From Actinomycetes bacterium (GTDB taxonomy: Bacteria > Actinomycetota > Acidimicrobiia > Acidimicrobiales > JAMCPL01): a stretch of DNA of 64,000 nucleotides. This document shows positions 31,064-41,252 of the stretch, piece after piece. The DNA is taken from positions 10,256 to 74,255 of the forward strand of contig JAKAWR010000005.1 of the NCBI GenBank assembly GCA_021816935.1. Reading direction: 5' to 3'. Every line of letters starts with the position of its first letter. Within the stretch, counting starts at the first letter, position 1. The position numbers and the translations under genes are program-made. A model generated the notes under the pieces. The model was not told the origin of the DNA. It worked only from the letters and a program-made list of their open reading frames with translations, and did no database searches.

Positions 31064-33010
31064 GTGTTGCCTTCTCGCAACGGGACCGCCGATAATGGGA
31101 CGATGACTGCCCGGGGTCCTGGCAAAGGCAACCTAATCGATACCCTGGCCGAATGGGTACATGGACTCGATGTGCGGGATATCCCTGCGGACGTGCTGGA
31201 CCTGGCTCGCGCGCAGAAGCGCTCCGTCATCGCGGGAGCCGTCGCGTCCATGGACGATGAGGCATCCCGAAGGGTTCTTTCCGCAGTGGGCGGTTGGGCG
31301 GCCCCCGGCCCGGCACCCCTGATCGGATCCGGCCTCCACGTTCGGGTGGAGGATGCGCTCTACGCCGCAGCCGCGCTATCTGTCGCGCTGGACTTCGACG
31401 ACTATCTCTGTTTCGCCCATACCGGCCATTCCGCAGTATGGCTGCCCCTGATGCTGGCGACCGAAACCGGCTCCCCGGTTGCCGATCAGCTCGCCGCCCA
31501 GGTCGTCGCCAACGAGATCGGGGGCAGGATCGGCGGGGCGTGCCTGATCGGCCCCCAGAACGGGCAGATGTGGTCGTTCGTCCATGCCCTGGAGGGGGCC
31601 GCCGCCGCCGCAAGGATCCTGGGCCTGAGTAGAACCGAGACCGCCCACGCGATGGCGATCTCCCTGTCCGCTCCTCCGAGAGCGACCGCCCCGGGCTTCT
31701 TCATGCCGGACTCCAAGCTCCTCACGGCGGCCGAACCACTGTGCCTTGGGCTACGGGCGGCAAGGCTCGCATCAGCGGGGGCAACCGGACCACTCGACAT
31801 CCTCGATGGCGCAAGCGGCTTCCTCGGAGCCTTCTCCGCAGCACCCCTCCGGGGGGCGTTGGCCGGACTGGGCGAGGCCTGGACGACGCGAACGATTTCG
31901 ATCAAACCCTATCCGGGATGCGCCTACATTGACACCGCCGTAGACGCGTTGCTGTCCCTCGGCAGTATCGCGGTACAAGATATAGAGGCAATCGCGGTGG
32001 AGACGAACGTGCTCAGCTTCATGATGGACATACTTTCCCGCCAGTACACGGGCGTTCCGGCGACCGAGGCCGGCGGCGGCAAACTGGTGGAGTCCACCTC
32101 AGCGCACGCAGGCGACGGGGGCAGCTTGGCAACCAGCCGCACTGGGGTAGGGACGGGTTTCGCTAGATCTGCTGTCCGTCAAGCTGGGGGAACTGGCCCG
32201 GCCGTCCCGACTCCGGTCGCAATCAACTTCTCTCTCTCGTGGAGCCTCGCCGTTGCCGCCCTAAACGGCGCCCTCACGCCGGCAACCCTACGAGGCGACG
32301 TTCTTACCCGCGATGCCCCGGCCCTGAACGGCCTTGTCGCAAAGACGGAGATTCGTCACGACTGGGCGCTTACCAACCAGGCCATAGCCTCCTTCGACCG
32401 TATAGTGCCGAGGCTCCGGGTTCTTCGCGAAGCAGGACTATCCGGCCTCGTGCGCGCCGGGATTACGATGGGCCCGGCCACCCCCCGGGGAGCGAGTCCC
32501 ATGGACCTTGCCCAGGGGATCTGGCCGATCGTCCAGGGTCTTGTGTCCACTACGGCCCGGATGCGCCTGCAACGCCTGGGCGGACTTGCTACGGTAGGCA
32601 GTCTCTTGGGGCTGGGCCGACGGGGCGGCCAGAGTGCGAAGGATGCTCGTGCCACAGAAGTGGGGTGGGGCGGGGAAGATACTCGAGACAAGCCGGACCC
32701 TGGGGGGAGGGAAGCGCAGCAGGGCAGCGGGGGCGGGCGGGACTCCTGGTGGGATCCTTCCGCGATAGAGCGGTTCGCCATGGTATTCCCGACTCGAATC
32801 GAAGTGCGGCTGACAGACGGCAGCCGCCTGAAGGCCGAGTCGTCTACCCCGAAGGGTGCGGCAGGGATGCAGGGCGACGCCGGGCCACAGGGCGTCGCTA
32901 GCCGCAAGCTGGCCGAGTCCGTTGGAAGCCGGTGGGGAGAGGTCAAGGCTGCACTTATCGAGCAGGCCATAGCAGGCGACGATCCCCGGCTCGCCGGCCT
33001 TCTCGGCTGA
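31064..33010 (+). CDS. MmgE/PrpD-family protein with large insertions
   Basis: The N-terminal LIDTLAEWVHGLDVRDIPADVLDLAR and IKPYPGCAYIDTAVDA are typical of the family. At 648 aa it is much longer than usual because of Gly/Ala/Arg-rich inserts. The start may be at 31103. Confidence 0.7.
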   Translation: MLPSRNGTADNGTMTARGPGKGNLIDTLAEWVHGLDVRDIPADVLDLARAQKRSVIAGAVASMDDEASRRVLSAVGGWAAPGPAPLIGSGLHVRVEDALYAAAALSVALDFDDYLCFAHTGHSAVWLPLMLATETGSPVADQLAAQVVANEIGGRIGGACLIGPQNGQMWSFVHALEGAAAAARILGLSRTETAHAMAISLSAPPRATAPGFFMPDSKLLTAAEPLCLGLRAARLASAGATGPLDILDGASGFLGAFSAAPLRGALAGLGEAWTTRTISIKPYPGCAYIDTAVDALLSLGSIAVQDIEAIAVETNVLSFMMDILSRQYTGVPATEAGGGKLVESTSAHAGDGGSLATSRTGVGTGFARSAVRQAGGTGPAVPTPVAINFSLSWSLAVAALNGALTPATLRGDVLTRDAPALNGLVAKTEIRHDWALTNQAIASFDRIVPRLRVLREAGLSGLVRAGITMGPATPRGASPMDLAQGIWPIVQGLVSTTARMRLQRLGGLATVGSLLGLGRRGGQSAKDARATEVGWGGEDTRDKPDPGGREAQQGSGGGRDSWWDPSAIERFAMVFPTRIEVRLTDGSRLKAESSTPKGAAGMQGDAGPQGVASRKLAESVGSRWGEVKAALIEQAIAGDDPRLAGLLG

Positions 33011-33085
33011 ACCCGCAAAGAACTCTCCCCACGCCCCGATATTTGCCTCGACCGTGGCCAGCCGGCGGCTTAGCCACCCTGCGGG

Positions 33086-34441
33086 TCAGAGCCGGGTAAG
33101 CTTCCAGCCGAACGACGGTGGCGGTACCCCGCGAAGAACGACAATGTTAACGGTCTTCACCTGGTATCCAGCTGTGATTGTTATCGACCCGATCACCTGA
33201 TTCGCCACCACGGTGGTCCCGAGCGGCCGCCGGACGACGGAGGTCGACACCTTCATGCCCGGAAAGCCTGTGAAGTCGACGGCAATTTCCGTAACGGCGG
33301 GATCATTCGAGATCCAGGGGGCAGAAACATGACCCAGCACCGTCCCGGCCGGCACGCCCGCCGTTCCAAGGTGGTATCCGGAAACCGCGTTGACCAGATT
33401 GTAGGCATCCGCCTCGGCAACATCGACCGGCGACTGAGGGTCATTGGCCTGCGGAGGCATTGGCAACGGGTAGGTGGTCGCAGTCGGCTCGCCGACAATC
33501 ACACCCATGATCAGCCGTGAGCGGCCAGCCACGACCTTCTGGGCGGCAAAGGCAAACGACCCGGTGACGTCTGCGGGTGACGTTCCAGACGATCCCGTCT
33601 TACCACCGAGGAAGCCGTCGTGGCCTATCAGGTAGGCGTAGTTGTACTGAGTCCCGGCCACGGGTAGGTTGACGGAGGGCATTTCCATGATGTGCCGGAG
33701 CGCGGCAATCGCCCATGCCTTCTTGAAAATGATCATCTGATCCGCAGCGGTCGAAACGGTATTCGGGTCAACGCCGCTGGCATCGGTGTAGTGCGTATGG
33801 TTCATGTTCAGAGCGCGGGCCGTAGCGTTCATTTTCCGAGCGAAGGTCCCGATATTACCCGCATCCCAGTTGCCCAGCATCTCGGCGATGTTGTTCCCTG
33901 ACGGAACGAGCATCGCCTCGAGCGCGGTACGCTCGCTCATCGCCTCACCGGCCTGCACCGCCACGACCGACTCTTTCTGGGCGATGTCTGAGTTGTACAC
34001 CGATACATCGGATGGCGTTACGTTTATGGACGGACCGCCCGAGCCGGACCGTAGCGGGTGGTCCTCGAAAACCACGTAAGCAGTCATCAACTTGGCTACA
34101 CTCCAGATCGGCAGCTCGTTGTTGTCTCCCGTGCTTCCCACCAACCCGACGCCGCCTATCGACAGTGCCGCGGTACCTCGGGAGGGCCACGGCAGGCTGG
34201 GCTCCACCCCTTTGAAGCCGAGCTGGACGGTCGGCGCAATTGTCGCCACCGGCCGCCCGGTACTCCTCGTCAACTGTATAACCCCCAGCGCAACTACCAC
34301 TACGAGAATGACGATCCCTATTACGGGCTTCCGGGCGGGGCCCACCACGCCCGACACCTTCCCAATAGAACGCCCGCTCACCGGATGAGGAGGGTCGGAG
34401 GGGGAGCCAAACGACGGACCTTGTTTGGCATGCTGGGGCAT
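33086..34441 (-). CDS. D-alanyl-D-alanine carboxypeptidase (S11 penicillin-binding protein)
   Basis: N-terminal TM segment, SxxK (SVAKLMT), SxN (PSGNN) and KTG (GGKTGSS) motifs. Confidence 0.82.
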   Translation of the reverse strand: MPQHAKQGPSFGSPSDPPHPVSGRSIGKVSGVVGPARKPVIGIVILVVVVALGVIQLTRSTGRPVATIAPTVQLGFKGVEPSLPWPSRGTAALSIGGVGLVGSTGDNNELPIWSVAKLMTAYVVFEDHPLRSGSGGPSINVTPSDVSVYNSDIAQKESVVAVQAGEAMSERTALEAMLVPSGNNIAEMLGNWDAGNIGTFARKMNATARALNMNHTHYTDASGVDPNTVSTAADQMIIFKKAWAIAALRHIMEMPSVNLPVAGTQYNYAYLIGHDGFLGGKTGSSGTSPADVTGSFAFAAQKVVAGRSRLIMGVIVGEPTATTYPLPMPPQANDPQSPVDVAEADAYNLVNAVSGYHLGTAGVPAGTVLGHVSAPWISNDPAVTEIAVDFTGFPGMKVSTSVVRRPLGTTVVANQVIGSITITAGYQVKTVNIVVLRGVPPPSFGWKLTRL

Positions 34442-34572
34442 GGCGCCACACTACACCGCGCGCTACAGCGAGACCCGGCACCTTCCGATCGATCGCAGGG
34501 TCGGAACTACGATCCACACCGTTACGATCCTCGTGTCGGCTTTCCCCGTGGGCTGCAGGCAACGGGGACCTG

Positions 34573-34887
34573 TCATCGGCGCCCACCCGTACCGGTAGCG
34601 CCGTGGTCGAGGAGAACCCGGACCACCGGTTCCGGCGATGACCACCCCACCACCTCGATCACCTTCGAACGCGACCGCTCACCGGAGACAATCCGTACCG
34701 CGGATCGCCGGATCCCGAGATAGCCGGCCAGAAAGGAAACGAGCTGATCGTTGGCCTTGCCCTCAACTGCGGGCGCCGTGAGGCGCACCTTGACCCCATC
34801 ACGGAAAGGACCGGCAATCGAAACGGTGCTCGACCCTGGCTGCACACGAACCGCCACACGCCCGGTTGCCGGTCGATCCGTGATCAA
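34573..34887 (-). CDS. DUF167/YggU-family protein
   Basis: RVQPGSS...VRLTAPAVEGKANDQLVSFLA...VRIVSGERSRSKVIEV matches the UPF0235 pattern. Confidence 0.75.
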   Translation of the reverse strand: MITDRPATGRVAVRVQPGSSTVSIAGPFRDGVKVRLTAPAVEGKANDQLVSFLAGYLGIRRSAVRIVSGERSRSKVIEVVGWSSPEPVVRVLLDHGATGTGGRR

Positions 34888-34932
34888 AGCCGGTACCGCC
34901 GCCGTTCGCCGGTGATAGATCGCACCGGTAGC

Positions 34933-35577
34933 TCAGATCGCAAAGGAAGTCGAGTGGACCGCCGCGACGACCTCCTCTGGTCCTTCCAGCACGATCCGCG
35001 CAACAGCGCCTCTTCCCATGAGATAGAGGAGAATCTCCGACGGCCTGCCCTCCAGGACTGCCGCCGGCGAACCTCTCTTTGCAGTGATTCTCTCCCGGCC
35101 GGCACTGTGCAGCTCCAGTCCTACCGGCACTCTGCGGGCGAGTACCTTGGAGAGGAATCGCATCTCCCTCCAAAGGCCGTCTTCCAGCCCTCCCATTTCA
35201 CCGGAAGACCGTAGCTCGAACGTGCCCTCGCCTCCGGCGCGGCGCACGTCCTCGTGATGAACGAAATACTCGTGAAGGAAGTACCTGTCGAAAGGCCTGG
35301 CCGCCAGAGGCGGCCCGCTGCGCAGCCTTCCCACCAGCCGGTCGTACGCCAAGGCTCCCCTGGTCCGCTCGGAGGTGTACTTGAGGAGTGCCGCCGGCGG
35401 TCCCGGAACGAGAATCCCCAAGGCGGCAAGGGGCCGTCGCTCGCGAACGTAAAGATGGATCGCGAGGTCGTGCGTCGTCCAGCCCTCACACAACGTCGGG
35501 GCACCCGGGCCCTTCTCGGCCAGAAGATTGCACAGCTGTGCCCGTTCCGTCAAATGAGGTCCCGCGACCACGATCAA
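34933..35577 (-). CDS. TIGR03085-like mycothiol-dependent maleylpyruvate-isomerase-family (DinB-fold) protein
   Basis: ERAQLCNLL...PTLCEGWTTHDLAIHLYVRERRP, the typical N-terminal pattern of this actinobacterial family. Confidence 0.65.
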   Translation of the reverse strand: MIVVAGPHLTERAQLCNLLAEKGPGAPTLCEGWTTHDLAIHLYVRERRPLAALGILVPGPPAALLKYTSERTRGALAYDRLVGRLRSGPPLAARPFDRYFLHEYFVHHEDVRRAGGEGTFELRSSGEMGGLEDGLWREMRFLSKVLARRVPVGLELHSAGRERITAKRGSPAAVLEGRPSEILLYLMGRGAVARIVLEGPEEVVAAVHSTSFAI

Positions 35578-35801
35578 ATCCTACTACGGATTCGCCGGGG
35601 GCGACTGGTGTGGCTCGAGGGGATTATTTCGACAACCCCGGCCATCGCCGCAATGCCGGGACCGGCGCGTCAAGACCGGGGCACAGGCAGTACGGGACGA
35701 GATTTCATCAGCGAGATACCCGCAGTGGGCAACCAGCACCGGGACGCGAATAGCGGGATTTTAGGATGGAACTTCAGTAGCGAGGTACCGGCAGGTTGAT
35801 G

Positions 35802-36254
35802 TCAGGACTGGAACGGTTCCACCTCTATGACGATCTCGGCGTCGAGGTCGTGGAAAAGTTGGACCCTGACGTGATGCATGCCGACCGCCTTGATGGGTTC
35901 GGAGATCAGGATGCTCTTCCTGTCGATCTCGGGCCCCAACTGTGCTCGCACGGCCGTCGCGATGTCGGAACCGGTGACCGAGCCGAACAGCCTTCCGCCC
36001 GGACCGGACTTGGCGGTGATCTTGAGAGGGCCTTTCGTCAGGAGCGCCTGGATCGCCTCAGCCGACTCGCGGTCCCGAGCCTCTTTCAAATCGCGTGACC
36101 GGCGCATAGCAGCCGCCTGGTCGGCCAGGCCCGGGGTCAACCCCATCGCCAGGCCCCTGGGGAAAAGCAGGTTACGTGCGTACCCGTCGGCTACTGTGAC
36201 GATGTCACCTTTCTTGCCGAGTTTGTCGACGTCTGTTCGGAGTAGTACCTTCAT
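35802..36254 (-). CDS. rplI: 50S ribosomal protein L9
   Basis: [42 protein letters not shown] lies 8 nt upstream of the ATG, inside the end of rpsR. Confidence 0.95.
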   Translation of the reverse strand: MKVLLRTDVDKLGKKGDIVTVADGYARNLLFPRGLAMGLTPGLADQAAAMRRSRDLKEARDRESAEAIQALLTKGPLKITAKSGPGGRLFGSVTGSDIATAVRAQLGPEIDRKSILISEPIKAVGMHHVRVQLFHDLDAEIVIEVEPFQS

Positions 36255-36255
36255 C

Positions 36256-37059
36256 TCAGCCTACCTCCGGTCCGTTGTCGGCGCTGTCGGAAGCGGGCGC
36301 AACGGAAGGGGTCGGGGGCCCCGCATCCGCCGGTGCGGTCACGGCGGGATCAGCGGAGACAGGCTCCTCCACCAGGAGCGATTTCGTTGAGGCGGGTTTC
36401 TCTCCGGACGCTCCCCTCGAAGCCGTTCCCTCCACCTCGGGAACACCAAGCGCACCTTCGCCTCCACGCGCCCGCCCGCCTCCGGCACCAGGCATGCTTC
36501 GGTCTCCACGTTGGGATCCGCCCCTCCGCTCCCTGCCTGCCGCCGGCCTGCCTCGATCCGTGTTCCGATCCGTCCTTCCCCGCTCGCCATCCTGCCGGGG
36601 TGCCTCTCTCGTGGCAGCGTCCCGGGGTTGGTCGCCTTCCTCGCGGCGGGGGCGATTGTCCCGGTCCTCGCGGCCCTCGTAGCCGTGGTGCCCGTCCGGG
36701 CCGGCGTAGCGACCCTCGCGATTCTCGTAACGACTCGAAGGCGCAGTATCACCATTTGCGGAATAGCCTCGCCTGTTCGAGGTTCGCTCCGTCACGGGTC
36801 TCTGGGTGTAGGGAAGGAGGGCCAGTTCCCGAGCGGTCTTGACCGCGTTTGCGATCGCTTTTTGGTGGCGCTGGCAATTTCCGGTAACCCTCTTGGAACG
36901 GATCTTGCCCCTGTCGCTGACGTACCGCCTCAGGAGCTCGACGTCTTTGTAGTCGACCCACTTGACACTTGCAGCACAAAGCTGGCACGACCTTTGCTTG
37001 AACCTCCGGCCGGAATCCCTCGGCTGGGTCCGGGTGGATCTCTTGACGCTCCTTCCCAT
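36256..37059 (-). CDS. rpsR: 30S ribosomal protein S18 with ~180-aa C-terminal extension
   Basis: Canonical core [26 protein letters not shown]...[10 protein letters not shown] in the first ~85 aa. The frame then stays open to a TGA 1 nt before the rplI ATG. Confidence 0.85.
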   Translation of the reverse strand: MGRSVKRSTRTQPRDSGRRFKQRSCQLCAASVKWVDYKDVELLRRYVSDRGKIRSKRVTGNCQRHQKAIANAVKTARELALLPYTQRPVTERTSNRRGYSANGDTAPSSRYENREGRYAGPDGHHGYEGREDRDNRPRREEGDQPRDAATREAPRQDGERGRTDRNTDRGRPAAGRERRGGSQRGDRSMPGAGGGRARGGEGALGVPEVEGTASRGASGEKPASTKSLLVEEPVSADPAVTAPADAGPPTPSVAPASDSADNGPEVG

Positions 37060-37061
37060 GA

Positions 37062-37610
37062 TCAGAATGGCTCCTCGTCGTAGATTGGCGGGTAATCGGC
37101 TCCTTCGCCGCCCGCGTCCTTCAGTTCGTGATCCGGCGCAGGACGGCTCGCCCTGGGAGTGGCTGCGTATCCTTCACCGCCGCCATGTGTCGCCCCTGTG
37201 CCTCCCCGGCCACCCCCGGCAGCGCCTCCGTATTCGCCGGCCCCCCGGCGCTCGTTCTTCGTTACCTGGGCAGAGGCCCACCTAAGCGACGGGCCCACCT
37301 CGTCGGCAACGATCTCCACCTTGGATCGGTACTCGCCCTCCGGCGTCTCCCAGGAGCGCTGATCGAGACGCCCGGTGACCACCACTCGCGTGCCTTTTAC
37401 CAATGACTCGGAGGCGTTCTCCGCAAGCTCGCGCCAGCAGACCACATCAAAAAAAGAGGTCGCCTCCTCCCACTCGTTCGTCTGGCGGTTCTGCCAGCGC
37501 CGGTTGACGGCCAAGCCGAAAGTGAGCCTGGCCTGCCCGGTTGGCGTGTATCGCATCTCGGGGTCGCGCGTGACGTTGCCCACGAGCACAACTGTATTTC
37601 CATTGGACAT
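37062..37610 (-). CDS. ssb: single-stranded DNA-binding protein
   Basis: OB-fold N-terminus [23 protein letters not shown], Gly-rich linker, acidic tail IYDEEPF. Confidence 0.95.
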   Translation of the reverse strand: MSNGNTVVLVGNVTRDPEMRYTPTGQARLTFGLAVNRRWQNRQTNEWEEATSFFDVVCWRELAENASESLVKGTRVVVTGRLDQRSWETPEGEYRSKVEIVADEVGPSLRWASAQVTKNERRGAGEYGGAAGGGRGGTGATHGGGEGYAATPRASRPAPDHELKDAGGEGADYPPIYDEEPF

Positions 37611-37676
37611 TCCTAAACGCTCCTTTGGATTTCGGGGGCCGCGTCCATCACGATAGCGTCTCTTCGACTCCAGGTT

Positions 37677-38408
37677 TCACTCGATCGCGTCCTGCGGATG
37701 GCCTTGCTCGCCGGCCCCGCCATCGTCAAGGCCTGAAGGTGTCGATTCGCTGCCACCCCTCGGATCGCTGCCGCTCCTCGAATAATCCCTCCGCCTCTCC
37801 CCCTCGCCGCCGCCCCCAGGTCCCCGGTACCCCCTGGCCTCGCCGCCCCTGCCAGGTCCCCGGTACCCCCTGGCCTCGCCGCCCCTGCCAGGTCCCCGGT
37901 ACCCCCTGGCCTCGCCGCCGCTCCCTGGCTCCCTTTCACCCCTCGAGTCTCTGTCGCCTCCTGCCTCCCTGCCCCTGATGGAGTCACCTCGCTGCCTCCC
38001 TGGGCGCTCCTGCGAACCATCAGGCGCTGCAGCGTCGCGTGGTGTCGTAATCGGGGAGCCGTCCTCGTCGCGTTCGGGCAATTTCAGGGCAGTTCGCCTG
38101 GTTACTCCCGGCTCGATACCCTCGGGAAGCCTGGTGATCCGGTGCCGGACCACTGCATCGGTCAGGTGGAAATGCCGGTCAAGCTCGGTCACGTTCCCGG
38201 TGTCCATATCGAAGCCCATGACAAGGTAGTAACCCTCGTCCTGATGCTTGATCTTGTAGGCAAGGGATCGCTTACCCCAGCGGTCGATTCCTCTTGGGGT
38301 GCCACCGGCCTTGACGATGACCTCTTTCGTCCGGTTGATCAGTGCGGTGCGCTCTTCTTCGCCAAGGGCCACGTCCGCGATGACCATTGCCTCATACGTT
38401 GCGATCAC
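37677..38408 (-). CDS. rpsF: 30S ribosomal protein S6 with ~145-aa RGG-repeat C-terminal extension
   Basis: The core (YEAMVIAD...DRWGKRSLAYKIKHQDEGYY...VVRHRITRL) occupies the first ~97 aa. It is followed by an R/G/E/D-rich tail that includes GGEARGYRGPGR x3. Confidence 0.88.
   Translation of the reverse strand: MIATYEAMVIADVALGEEERTALINRTKEVIVKAGGTPRGIDRWGKRSLAYKIKHQDEGYYLVMGFDMDTGNVTELDRHFHLTDAVVRHRITRLPEGIEPGVTRRTALKLPERDEDGSPITTPRDAAAPDGSQERPGRQRGDSIRGREAGGDRDSRGEREPGSGGEARGYRGPGRGGEARGYRGPGRGGEARGYRGPGGGGEGERRRDYSRSGSDPRGGSESTPSGLDDGGAGEQGHPQDAIE
37816..37920. repeat. 36-bp tandem repeat x ~2.9 inside the rpsF tail
   Basis: CCAGGTCCCCGGTACCCCCTGGCCTCGCCGCCCCTG at 37816-37851 and 37852-37887 (identical), with a third unit that diverges near its end. 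Confidence 0.9.
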
Positions 38409-38571
38409 GAAAACTCTTTTCCTTCGGTTCCGGGGCTAGTGTGCACCGGAGCCCCGGGCGTTCTGCCGGGGGCAGGTTCGTCGCTGCGTTCCGGCAGCGC
38501 TGCGGTCGCCCGGCCTGCGTAGCGGTGCCGGACCGGGTAAGTATAGCGCGTCCGGCCAGGCGCCAGGACGT

Positions 38572-39414
38572 TCACCCGCCGTACGACTCGCCATCCGAAG
38601 GGTAGTTGCCCTCTCTGACATCGGACGCCCAACGTGCGACGCCGTCGCGGGCCACCTTCTCCAGGTCTGCGTACTTTCTCACGAACTTGGGCACGCGGCC
38701 CGAGAGGCCGAGCAGGTCGTGGAAGACTATCACCTGACCGTCGCAGGCCGGACCGGCCCCGATACCGATCGTAGGGACCGGAACTTCAGAGGTGATCCTT
38801 CCGGCCAGGCTGTTCGGGACTGCTTCGAGGACGATAGCAAAGCAGCCCGCATCGGCGAGCGCAATCGCCTCCTCCACGATCCTCGCCGCGACACTGGCCT
38901 CTCGCCCCTGGACCTTGTAGCCTCCGAACGCATTAACGGACTGGGGAGTGAGGCCGAGGTGACCCATCACCGGTATCTCCGTTTCGATTAGAGCGCGAAT
39001 CATCGGGATCCTGGCAAGGCCGCCTTCCAGCTTCACGGCCTGAGCTCCGGCGCGCACGAAGCGAGCCCCATTCCTGATGGTCTCGGCGGTGTCCAGGTGG
39101 TAGGAGAGCCAGGGCATGTCCGCGACGACAAGGGGCCGTGGCTGCGTGCCCGCCACGGCGGCGACGTGGCTCACCATTTGATCCATGGTGATGTGAAGGG
39201 TGTCGGGCTGGCCGTGTACCGTGCTTGCAGCGCTGTCCCCGACGAGGATGATATCCACTCCCGCCGTATCGGCGATCCTGGCGCTCGGTGCGTCGTATGC
39301 CGTGATCATCACAAGGGGGACCTCTCCGTGGCCAGCCTTGCGGTTGCGCAACTCGGGTACTGTCACCGGTGTTGCCACGGGTACGTCCTGAAGGTCAGCC
39401 GGCTGCCCGAGCAC
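38572..39414 (-). CDS. panB: 3-methyl-2-oxobutanoate hydroxymethyltransferase
   Basis: MITAYDAPSARIADTAGVDIILVGDSAA, GAQAVKLEGG, and GHLGLTPQS. Confidence 0.9.
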   Translation of the reverse strand: MLGQPADLQDVPVATPVTVPELRNRKAGHGEVPLVMITAYDAPSARIADTAGVDIILVGDSAASTVHGQPDTLHITMDQMVSHVAAVAGTQPRPLVVADMPWLSYHLDTAETIRNGARFVRAGAQAVKLEGGLARIPMIRALIETEIPVMGHLGLTPQSVNAFGGYKVQGREASVAARIVEEAIALADAGCFAIVLEAVPNSLAGRITSEVPVPTIGIGAGPACDGQVIVFHDLLGLSGRVPKFVRKYADLEKVARDGVARWASDVREGNYPSDGESYGG

Positions 39415-39820
39415 CGGGCCAGTAGGCCTTCACCAGGTGGTTCCAGGCACAGCCGGTACAGACCTCGACGACGTAGCAGGTCACGCTCCGGCCGTTCCCG
39501 GAGAGTTTCTCCAGCTCTCCCTCCGTCGACACGCATCGGCCACCCCGTGGGAGCGAACGGCCGAAGACGTAGGTGATGTTAACGAGGTCGACTTGCCGGC
39601 AGACCGGGCATGCCCTGCCCGTGGGCGTACCCAGGTTTCGGGCGGCCCGGAGAAGCTCGGGGTGCGCATCGCAGACGTCCTGGCGTTGGAGGGCGCCGCC
39701 GTGCAGGCGCTGGAGAATAGAACGTCTAGTGAGCCCGTACTCCACATCGGCCATCGTCCCGTTGCCCGCTGGAGTAGCCTCGCTTTCGTTGCGGGGCTCT
39801 ACCAAGTCACCGTCCATCAC
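39395..39820 (-). CDS. DUF5318-like conserved actinobacterial protein (4-Cys)
   Basis: DVCDAHPELLRAA...CPVCR...VTCYVVEVCTGCAWNHL pattern. Its end overlaps the panB start by 20 nt. Confidence 0.65.
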   Translation of the reverse strand: MMDGDLVEPRNESEATPAGNGTMADVEYGLTRRSILQRLHGGALQRQDVCDAHPELLRAARNLGTPTGRACPVCRQVDLVNITYVFGRSLPRGGRCVSTEGELEKLSGNGRSVTCYVVEVCTGCAWNHLVKAYWPGARAAG

Positions 39821-39876
39821 AACCAGGCTACAGCAACGGTCACGCGGCTTTGCTCAGATGTTGCAGGCGCGGCCCG

Positions 39877-40317
39877 TCAGGGATACGCGACCTTGCCTTG
39901 CATGTAGACGCCGTTGTGGATGAGAAAGCTGCGGATCCTGTTGCCGGCTACGGCGGCATCTCTTCCCGCAAGCCCTAGCGACTCCACGTAACCGTCGATC
40001 TGTGCCGTGATCTCCCGCCGGCCCTTGGCGCTGATGGCCAGGTCGCCGAATTTCGTCTTCCGGAAACAGCTCTCCAGAACCTCTTTCGGTCCCGACCCGG
40101 CGAACCGGCAAAAGGCCGCCAAGTCCCGCACGTATCCGGCCCGCTCAGCCTCGTGGCCCTTGCCAGCGAGGCCCACTTCCTCGATCCAGAGCTTGACCGG
40201 TGCCACCCTTGCGATGGCCTTCTCGTCGGGGACCGGAGCGTTCCCGGTACCTCCGCCGCCCGTTCCGCCTGCCCCGGCCGAGCCGCCCCGGCCACCGGTA
40301 ACCTTGCTATCTGCCAT
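39877..40317 (-). CDS. hypothetical protein (Gly-rich N-terminus)
   Basis: 146-aa ORF, tightly packed between the nitroreductase and DUF5318 genes. The segment ERAGYVRDLAAFCRFAG weakly resembles the SAM-like core-binding domain of tyrosine recombinases. Confidence 0.5.
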   Translation of the reverse strand: MADSKVTGGRGGSAGAGGTGGGGTGNAPVPDEKAIARVAPVKLWIEEVGLAGKGHEAERAGYVRDLAAFCRFAGSGPKEVLESCFRKTKFGDLAISAKGRREITAQIDGYVESLGLAGRDAAVAGNRIRSFLIHNGVYMQGKVAYP

Positions 40318-40332
40318 CCCGGGCCTCCTTCC

Positions 40333-41118
40333 TCATTCCGGCAGCCCGAACATCCGGGTGAGCATCTTCACCTCCTGCTCCCTCCAGGGGAGCGGCCCGG
40401 GCTCCTGTATCATTCCGTCCCGCTGCAATTGCCCGGTCACCTCGGGGTCTTCGCGCCAGGGCTTGTCGCAACTTCCTTCGAAGTACATGTCACCCATTGC
40501 TGACCTCGGGCGCTGGCCACCGGCTTCCGGGTCCTCGAGGGGATAGCCGACGAGCTGCATCCACACCGGGATCCATGTCGGCGGCACGCCGAGCACTTTC
40601 TGCAGCTCGCTCGAGTTGATGAACGAATGCAGGCAGGTGCCGAGGCCCTGGTCGACGGCTGCGTTCAGCGCGTTGCATATCGCGATGCCGGTCTCTGTGG
40701 CCCCCATGAACATGAGGGCTATGGGCTCCTCCGCGATCTGCTTCAGTACCTGCGGCCACAAGTGGTTGTCGATATACGCGTACGACCAGCCGTGCGATGC
40801 CGACAGGGCATGCTGATCGACCAGCTGCTTCAGGCGATCCTGGACGCCATTCACGTACTCCATGTCGAAGTACCAGAAAATGTACACGGGAGCGAGGTCG
40901 ACGTCGGCAGCGGTCGTCGGGTTGTGCAGGGCTTCGAGTACTTCGGCAGGCAGCTCATCGCGCATGACCACGACCGCTCTCGGGTAATCGGCGTTCATCG
41001 AGCGGGACGCCCATCTCGCCGCCTGAAGGATCACCTCGATCTTCTCCCGCTCGACCGGCTTCCACGGCTTGAACCACCTGACGGAGCGCCTTGTCCCCAC
41101 CACTTTCTTGAAGTCCAT
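40333..41118 (-). CDS. nitroreductase-family protein
   Basis: N-terminal VGTRRSVRWFKPWKPVEREKIEVILQAARWASRSMN, typical of the nitroreductase fold. Confidence 0.75.
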   Translation of the reverse strand: MDFKKVVGTRRSVRWFKPWKPVEREKIEVILQAARWASRSMNADYPRAVVVMRDELPAEVLEALHNPTTAADVDLAPVYIFWYFDMEYVNGVQDRLKQLVDQHALSASHGWSYAYIDNHLWPQVLKQIAEEPIALMFMGATETGIAICNALNAAVDQGLGTCLHSFINSSELQKVLGVPPTWIPVWMQLVGYPLEDPEAGGQRPRSAMGDMYFEGSCDKPWREDPEVTGQLQRDGMIQEPGPLPWREQEVKMLTRMFGLPE

Positions 41119-41252
41119 GTCTATCCGACCTCCTTCGTCTTTCCCGGTTCGCCGTCCCTACGACTGCCCGGCCGTACCGGGCCTACCATAGTGCCCACCG
41201 GCAGTGCCACGCAGTTTGAAGCCATGCCAGCGGGTCAGGCTGTGCCGGGTAA

